A DNA stretch of 64,000 nucleotides from a virus. The position numbers and the translations under genes were made by a program. Below are positions 58,509-64,000 of this stretch, in pieces (positions within the stretch are counted from its first letter, which is position 1; every line of letters begins with the position of its first letter). The stretch spans positions 26,525 through 90,524 of IMG/VR virus record IMGVR_UViG_3300009181_006602; one strand, 5' to 3'. Below the pieces are notes generated by a model, which was not told the DNA's origin, searched no databases, and was given only the letters and a program-made list of their open reading frames with translations.

Positions 58509-59935
58509 GTCACTACGTAAATTCAGAATCGATATTTAGTGTTATTGGTGACTATCCTATAGTTGATCAATATGATATTTTATATTCAAATCTGCAAGCA
58601 GGTTCAACTTATGACAACTATGTTACGGGATCATTGTTAGCCAAAGTAAACGTGCTTGGAAGAACCGTGTATGTTCAAGGCGAAAGAGGACTGGCATTTA
58701 GTAAACTCACCGTCGACCGTGATGCAAGACCTTCAGCGTTATTAACAAGCCAGAAGGCTTCATATAATTTGCAACCTTGGCGTGAGCGCGCAGGGACAAT
58801 AAGAAACGTTAAACTATTTTCGACTGACGAAAGATTCTTCGACTCGCTAATACCTTCATTAATAGAGACTTTTAAAAAGCTCGACGGACAAATATTTAAA
58901 CTAGATCTCAGGATACCATCTAGTCTTGGCGAGCATAATGTTGTTGTATTCGATAATGATCCATTTAATCCATTTGAAGAACTCGTTGGCGCATCGCCTA
59001 TAGGTTTTGAAGCTTCATTTCCATTCGAACCTATGTTCTCTGGAATAAAAAGGAGTAAAACAATTGCGGAGTCATTCTCTTCAAAAATGGAATGGACGTC
59101 GTCGTCGGGCCTAAGCACAATGTCAAGCATCGCCGAATTTAAAACCAGAAATTTGCTAATTGTAGAACTAAATTCTGGATCAAATTTCGCTACGCCATAT
59201 TCATATGATGCTAATTATTGGCTTGGAGATCTTAGATATACTCTTTTTGGTAACGGAACACCAGCAATAGATGCTTCAAAAATATTATTTGGATTTGGAG
59301 ACAGAAGCTCGATTAAGAGCAAAGTCTCACCCTTCACAGGTTTATCGCATATTACCGGAAGAAGAAACTTAGTCGAACGCCGCCTGACGGCCAATGTAGC
59401 GTCGGCCTACTATTTTTCGTTAAGCCCAATCATCCGCGGATGGAAGTACGGATTAATCGATGGCAATCCTTGTTATACGAACTGTTTATATCGGCGTGAT
59501 CGATATGGACAGTTTAGAGATATGCTTGAACAACGTTTGAATTCTGCTTTTTATACTGATGAAAGTAATTCCCCTTTAAAATACTCAATGAGTGTAGAGC
59601 AACCTGCTGTATCAGGAGAATTGCCTGTTAAATCTACGTTTAGCTCCGTAAATTCGTCGCAAATAGCAAGTATGCCTTCTCTCGATAGCGTGATCAATGA
59701 GCCACCTATTCGTGTCAATTTTATGAGACAAGCATACATCGAAAACACGAGAGAGTTAGTGTATTATTCAGAAAAACCAGAAAATACATGGTCTTCAAAT
59801 TTAAGTCAATATGCTACATCTTCACTTCCATACTTCGATGACATTAGTAGAAATAGGAATCAAACAACAATACAGCGTGGGTCTACCGTTTTGTCTTCTC
59901 TTTCTGATTTGTTCGGCAATAGAACTATCGGATAA
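58505..59935 (+). CDS. Hypothetical virion structural protein
   Basis: 476-aa ORF with ATGA coupling. Contains RGWKYG and YRRDRYGQFRDMLEQR. Confidence 0.6.
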   Translation: MSHYVNSESIFSVIGDYPIVDQYDILYSNLQAGSTYDNYVTGSLLAKVNVLGRTVYVQGERGLAFSKLTVDRDARPSALLTSQKASYNLQPWRERAGTIRNVKLFSTDERFFDSLIPSLIETFKKLDGQIFKLDLRIPSSLGEHNVVVFDNDPFNPFEELVGASPIGFEASFPFEPMFSGIKRSKTIAESFSSKMEWTSSSGLSTMSSIAEFKTRNLLIVELNSGSNFATPYSYDANYWLGDLRYTLFGNGTPAIDASKILFGFGDRSSIKSKVSPFTGLSHITGRRNLVERRLTANVASAYYFSLSPIIRGWKYGLIDGNPCYTNCLYRRDRYGQFRDMLEQRLNSAFYTDESNSPLKYSMSVEQPAVSGELPVKSTFSSVNSSQIASMPSLDSVINEPPIRVNFMRQAYIENTRELVYYSEKPENTWSSNLSQYATSSLPYFDDISRNRNQTTIQRGSTVLSSLSDLFGNRTIG

Positions 59936-59950
59936 TACAGGAACGTAAAG

Positions 59951-62900
59951 ATGCCTATCCCGCCAACAATCAAAAAAATTGAAGAATCTGGCCTCGTCTT
60001 TGCTAAAGACAAGACTACGAATCAAGTCACTACTATTGCAACAACTGCAGACATGCAGATAGGACTATCTAATAGTCCTGCAAATTTATCGATAAATGGA
60101 AGTCTTAGTGTTAAAACCATTGATATTGCTTTAGCAGCAGGAACTGCTTATGATATTCCAAACGCCGTCACGAATGTTAATGTTACTACGTCAGGCGCTT
60201 CAGGAACAGTTACACTTCGTCTACCATCGAATCCAAAAAAAGGTCAACTAATATACATTAAAGACGCCGCGGGAAATGCTACGGTAGTTTCCATTACTGT
60301 CATAGGGTCTCCTTTAGGAACAAAAAAGAACAATAATGTCACGGCGCACTTAATTGATAAAAGTAATTCAAGTTTAATAACAGCCAGTTATGGTGCGCTT
60401 CAGTTATTGTGGAACGATGTTGAATGGTACACAGTTTCCACGGCGGCGCTCACGGCAGGCGGTGGCGGCGGTTCCGGTGATGTTGTAGGTCCTGCCAGCG
60501 CAACAGACAACACTATCGCTAGATTCGATTTAACTACTGGAAAGTTGATACAAGGTTCTGGCGTTGTAATCGATGATAGTAATAACATCACGACAGCTGG
60601 CGATTTTGCTGTTAATGGTGGAGATCTAACATCTAGCGCAGTTACATTTAATCTTTTAAATTCTACAGTAACGACCCTTAACGTCGGTGGAGCAGCTACC
60701 ACAATCGAAATAGGCGCTGCTACAGGAACTACTTCTATCAACAATGCATTGACTGTCGATGGTAGCACAACACTAGGCGATTCATCAGTCGATACGGTCA
60801 CAATAAATGGGACGACGACGTTTGCTGGCTCTTCAGTAACTACGACGTTTAACGGAGATATTGCTGTTAACGGTGGAGATTTTACCTCCTCGGCAGCGAC
60901 CTTCAATCTTCTCAACTCGGGCGTCACAACTCTTAACATCGGCGGCGGCGCATCGACTGCGACGAATATCGGGCATGCGAGCGGTCTCACGACAATTGCT
61001 GGCGATCTCAAAGTTGCAGGAAATAATATCAGGTCATCTGGCGGATCAGCCGCGATCAACCTTTCTGGCACTAATGTTACCGTCTATGGTGATCTAGAGG
61101 TCGCCGGCGATGACATCCTGTCGTTTGGCGGCGTTTCCGCGATCAAATTGAACGGTAGTGGTAACGTTGCTATCTCAGGTGATCTCACTGTCACCGGCAA
61201 TAATATCAAGGCATCTGGCGGAACAACCGCAATCAGCCTTTCTGGTGCTGACGTAACAATCGCCGGCGACCTTGCTATTAACGGTGGAGATATAACTACC
61301 ACTGCTGCAACGATGAATCTTGTTAATGCTGCAACAACTGTTAATTTAGGTTCAACAGCCGTTGCTAGAACCACGAATATAGCTACAGGAGGTGCTGTTC
61401 AAACTGTTACACTCGGTTCTACAACGGGAGCTTCTGCTACAACAATTAATGCAGGTACAGGCGTTGTTACAATAGCATCTACCACGACATCTAATGCTGA
61501 TGCATTGATCGGTGCAGCTGAAATTGGTACACATCCATATGCAGGTAGCAACTACGCTATGTTTGGTCATAAGGATTTAAACCATGCTGTAGACGGAAAT
61601 TATGCCCTTGTTCAAAGTAACGTTGGTGATACATTTCTTGGGGCTGCTGCAGATAAAATAATTTATTTAAAGAATGGAACAAAGTTTCTAGGTTCTTTTT
61701 ATTACGACAGTAGCTTCTTTAACAAAACATTTCTTTATTTAGACGGTGCCGTAGGATCTCCAACAGTTGTCACGATAGGTTCAACACATACCACTTCGAC
61801 CACAACAATTAATGCAGGCTCAGGCTCAATTGATATTGGTGTAACTCCTCAATCAAGAAGTATAAATATAGGAACAGGTACATCGGTTCAAACAATTGGT
61901 ATCGGCACGGGAGCTGCTGCCAATGCAATCACGATAGGCAGCAACGCTGCCTCGATCGTTTCAATTAATGGCGGCGATGCTTTAAATCTATACACTGATA
62001 ACGGTTCATTAACGATTGATAGCGGTACAGGCAATACAAATATCGGAACCTTCGGTTACGCAAGAACCACAGATATAGCTACGGGAGCAGCCAATCAAAC
62101 TGTTACACTAGGTTCAACACACGGCGGTTCTTCTTTAACTTTAAGCGCAGGTTCTGGGAGTTTAAATCTAGGCACGTCAAATACTGCAAGAAGTATAAAT
62201 ATAGGAACAGGTACATCAATTCAAACAATCGGCATCGGAACAGGAGCTGCTGCCAATGCAATTACGATAGGCAGCAATGCTGCCTCGATCGTTTCAATTA
62301 ATGGCGGTGATGCTTTAAATTTGTACACTGATAACGGTTCATTAACGATTGATAGCGGTACTGGTAATACAAATATCGGAACCTTTGGTTATGCAAGAAC
62401 CACAGATATAGCTACAGGAGCAGCCAATCAAGTTGTTGCACTAGGTTCAACCCATGGAGGTTCTTCTTTAACTTTAAATGCAGGTTCTGGGAGTTTAAAT
62501 CTAGGCACGTCAAATGCTGTAAGAAGCATAAATATAGGAACAGGTACATCGGTTCAAACAATTGGTATCGGCACAGGAGCTGCTGCCAATGCAATCACAA
62601 TAGGTAGCAACGCTGCCTCGATCGTTTCAATTAATGGCGGTGATGCTTTAAATCTGTATACTGATAATGGTTCATTAACTATTGATAGCGGTACAGGCAA
62701 TACAAATATCGGAACCTTCGGTTATGCAAGAACTACAAGTATAGCTACGGGAGCAGCCAATCAAACTGTTACGCTGGGTTCAACGCATGGCGGTTCTGCT
62801 ACAACAATTAATGCAGGATCAGGCTCTATTACAATCACATCTACTACAACATCTAGTGCTGATGCATTAATCGGTGCCGCTGAAATTGGTACACACCCAT

Positions 62901-64000
62901 ACGCAGGTAGCAATTATGCTATGTTTGGTCACAAGGATTTAAACAACGCTGTAGACGGAAATTATGCCCTTGTTCAAAGTAATGTTGGTGATACATTTCT
63001 TGGGGCTGCTGCAGATAAAATAATTTATTTAAAGAATGGAACAAGGTTTCTAGGTTCTTTTTATTATGATAGTAGCTTCTTTAACAAAACATTTCTTTCT
63101 TTAGATGGTGCCGTAGGATCTCCAGCAGTTGTTACAATAGGTTCGACACATACCACTTCGACCACAACAATTAATGCAGGCTCAGGCTCAATTGATATTG
63201 GTATAACTCCTCAATCAAGAAGTATAAACATAGGAACAGGCACGTCGGTTCAAACAATTGGCATTGGCACGGGAGCTGCTGCAAATGCAATCACAATAGG
63301 CAGCAACGCTGCCTCGATCGTTTCAATTAATGGCGGTGATGCTTTAAACTTGTACACTGATAACGGTTCATTAACGATTGATAGCGGTACAGGCAATACA
63401 AATATCGGAACCTTTGGTTATGCAAGAACCACAGATATAGCTACAGGCGCAGCCAATCAAGCTGTTACACTAGGTTCAACACACGGCGGTTCTTCTTTAA
63501 CTTTAAATGCAGGCTCTGGTAGCTTGGGTATAGGCACATCAAACGCTGTAAGAAGCATAAATATAGGAACAGGTACATCGGTTCAAACAATCGGCATCGG
63601 CACAGGAGCTGCTGCCAATGCAATTACGATAGGCAGCAACGCTGCCTCGATCGTTTCAATTAATGGCGGTGATGCTTTAAATCTATACGCGGACAACGGT
63701 TCGCTAACGATTGATAGCGGTACGGGTAATACAAATATCGGAACTTTCGGTTATGCAAGAACCACAGATATAGCTACAGGAGCAGCCAATCAAACTGTTA
63801 CGCTGGGTTCGACGCATGGCGGTTCTTCTTTAACTTTAAATGCAGGTTCTGGTAGCTTGGATCTAGGTGTATCAAATGCTGTAAGAAGTATAAACATAGG
63901 AACAGGCACATCGGTTCAAACAATCGGCATCGGCACAGGAGCTGCTGCAAATGCAATTACGATAGGCAGCAACGCTGCCTCGATCGTTTCAATTAATGGC
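59951..64000 (+). CDS. Very long repetitive tail-fibre protein (runs off the right edge; about 1350 aa within the window)
   Basis: My translation from ATG 59951 reads MPIPPTIKKIEESG...TLRLPSNPKKGQLIYIKDAAG...GDVVGPASATDNTIARFD...GDLAINGGD repeats, then Gly/Thr/Ser-rich beta repeats. I found no stop before the window end. It is absent from the ORF track because it is open-ended. Confidence 0.85.
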   Translation, partial: MPIPPTIKKIEESGLVFAKDKTTNQVTTIATTADMQIGLSNSPANLSINGSLSVKTIDIALAAGTAYDIPNAVTNVNVTTSGASGTVTLRLPSNPKKGQLIYIKDAAGNATVVSITVIGSPLGTKKNNNVTAHLIDKSNSSLITASYGALQLLWNDVEWYTVSTAALTAGGGGGSGDVVGPASATDNTIARFDLTTGKLIQGSGVVIDDSNNITTAGDFAVNGGDLTSSAVTFNLLNSTVTTLNVGGAATTIEIGAATGTTSINNALTVDGSTTLGDSSVDTVTINGTTTFAGSSVTTTFNGDIAVNGGDFTSSAATFNLLNSGVTTLNIGGGASTATNIGHASGLTTIAGDLKVAGNNIRSSGGSAAINLSGTNVTVYGDLEVAGDDILSFGGVSAIKLNGSGNVAISGDLTVTGNNIKASGGTTAISLSGADVTIAGDLAINGGDITTTAATMNLVNAATTVNLGSTAVARTTNIATGGAVQTVTLGSTTGASATTINAGTGVVTIASTTTSNADALIGAAEIGTHPYAGSNYAMFGHKDLNHAVDGNYALVQSNVGDTFLGAAADKIIYLKNGTKFLGSFYYDSSFFNKTFLYLDGAVGSPTVVTIGSTHTTSTTTINAGSGSIDIGVTPQSRSINIGTGTSVQTIGIGTGAAANAITIGSNAASIVSINGGDALNLYTDNGSLTIDSGTGNTNIGTFGYARTTDIATGAANQTVTLGSTHGGSSLTLSAGSGSLNLGTSNTARSINIGTGTSIQTIGIGTGAAANAITIGSNAASIVSINGGDALNLYTDNGSLTIDSGTGNTNIGTFGYARTTDIATGAANQVVALGSTHGGSSLTLNAGSGSLNLGTSNAVRSINIGTGTSVQTIGIGTGAAANAITIGSNAASIVSINGGDALNLYTDNGSLTIDSGTGNTNIGTFGYARTTSIATGAANQTVTLGSTHGGSATTINAGSGSITITSTTTSSADALIGAAEIGTHPYAGSNYAMFGHKDLNNAVDGNYALVQSNVGDTFLGAAADKIIYLKNGTRFLGSFYYDSSFFNKTFLSLDGAVGSPAVVTIGSTHTTSTTTINAGSGSIDIGITPQSRSINIGTGTSVQTIGIGTGAAANAITIGSNAASIVSINGGDALNLYTDNGSLTIDSGTGNTNIGTFGYARTTDIATGAANQAVTLGSTHGGSSLTLNAGSGSLGIGTSNAVRSINIGTGTSVQTIGIGTGAAANAITIGSNAASIVSINGGDALNLYADNGSLTIDSGTGNTNIGTFGYARTTDIATGAANQTVTLGSTHGGSSLTLNAGSGSLDLGVSNAVRSINIGTGTSVQTIGIGTGAAANAITIGSNAASIVSING
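61436..64000 (+). repeat. Nested coding repeats: 333-bp units (111 aa) inside a 1362-bp higher-order unit (454 aa)
   Basis: An equivalent anchor occurs at 61861, 62194, 62527, 63223, 63556 and 63889. The GAAATTGGTACACA block occurs at 61520 and 62882 (offset 1362 = 363 + 3x333). Confidence 0.93.

Noticed and set aside
60400-62594. Short ORF-track calls in this interval (mostly minus strand)
   Set aside because: Antisense or alternative-frame shadows of the long plus-strand tail-fibre ORF starting at 59951.
61436-64000. Diversity-generating retroelement TR/VR pair
   Set aside because: Differences between copies are mostly synonymous and not adenine-specific, all copies are in frame, and there is no reverse transcriptase in the window.
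1-64000. Stop-codon reassignment, tRNA/rRNA genes, introns/inteins, IS elements
   Set aside because: ORFs are long and densely packed under code 11 with all three stops used. No cloverleaf, intein or transposase motifs were recognised, and the intergenic gaps are short.

Overview
This AT-rich, gene-dense window uses standard code 11 and is most consistent with part of a large (jumbo-type) tailed bacteriophage with a contractile tail. Support comes from gp25-like and gp6/J-like baseplate genes, a gp5/V-like spike, a T4 gp55-like sigma factor, and PhoH, ClpP, Hc1 histone-like and Cas4-like genes. Genes run almost entirely on the minus strand from 1 to 19834 and on the plus strand from 20058 to 64000. 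The switch point is a 223-bp intergenic region with (TTATC)8, a duplicated 23-mer and perfect palindromes, and is a candidate replication origin. Left arm: putative virion proteins, PIN-PhoH, a stand-alone sigma-70 region-4 protein, Hc1, a DinG/Rad3 helicase, ClpP and a GroEL-like protein lacking ATPase motifs. Right arm: a ~21-kb glycosylation island (about 12 glycosyltransferase-like genes, Gmd, RfbB, an aminotransferase, a GNAT, NeuA-like and NeuB-like enzymes, two nucleotide-sugar dehydrogenases, methyltransferases, a deacetylase). It is followed by a sigma factor, spike/baseplate genes and a very long tail-fibre gene with nested 333-bp and 1362-bp repeats that runs off the window. The strongest novelty candidate is a phage-encoded virion glycosylation system, with a nonulosonic-acid-like pathway and an over-represented [S/T]-G-S motif in the structural proteins as a possible sequon. 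Other candidates are a possibly split sigma factor, an ATPase-dead chaperonin and an oriC-like origin. All family calls come from motif recognition by eye, not from database searches.
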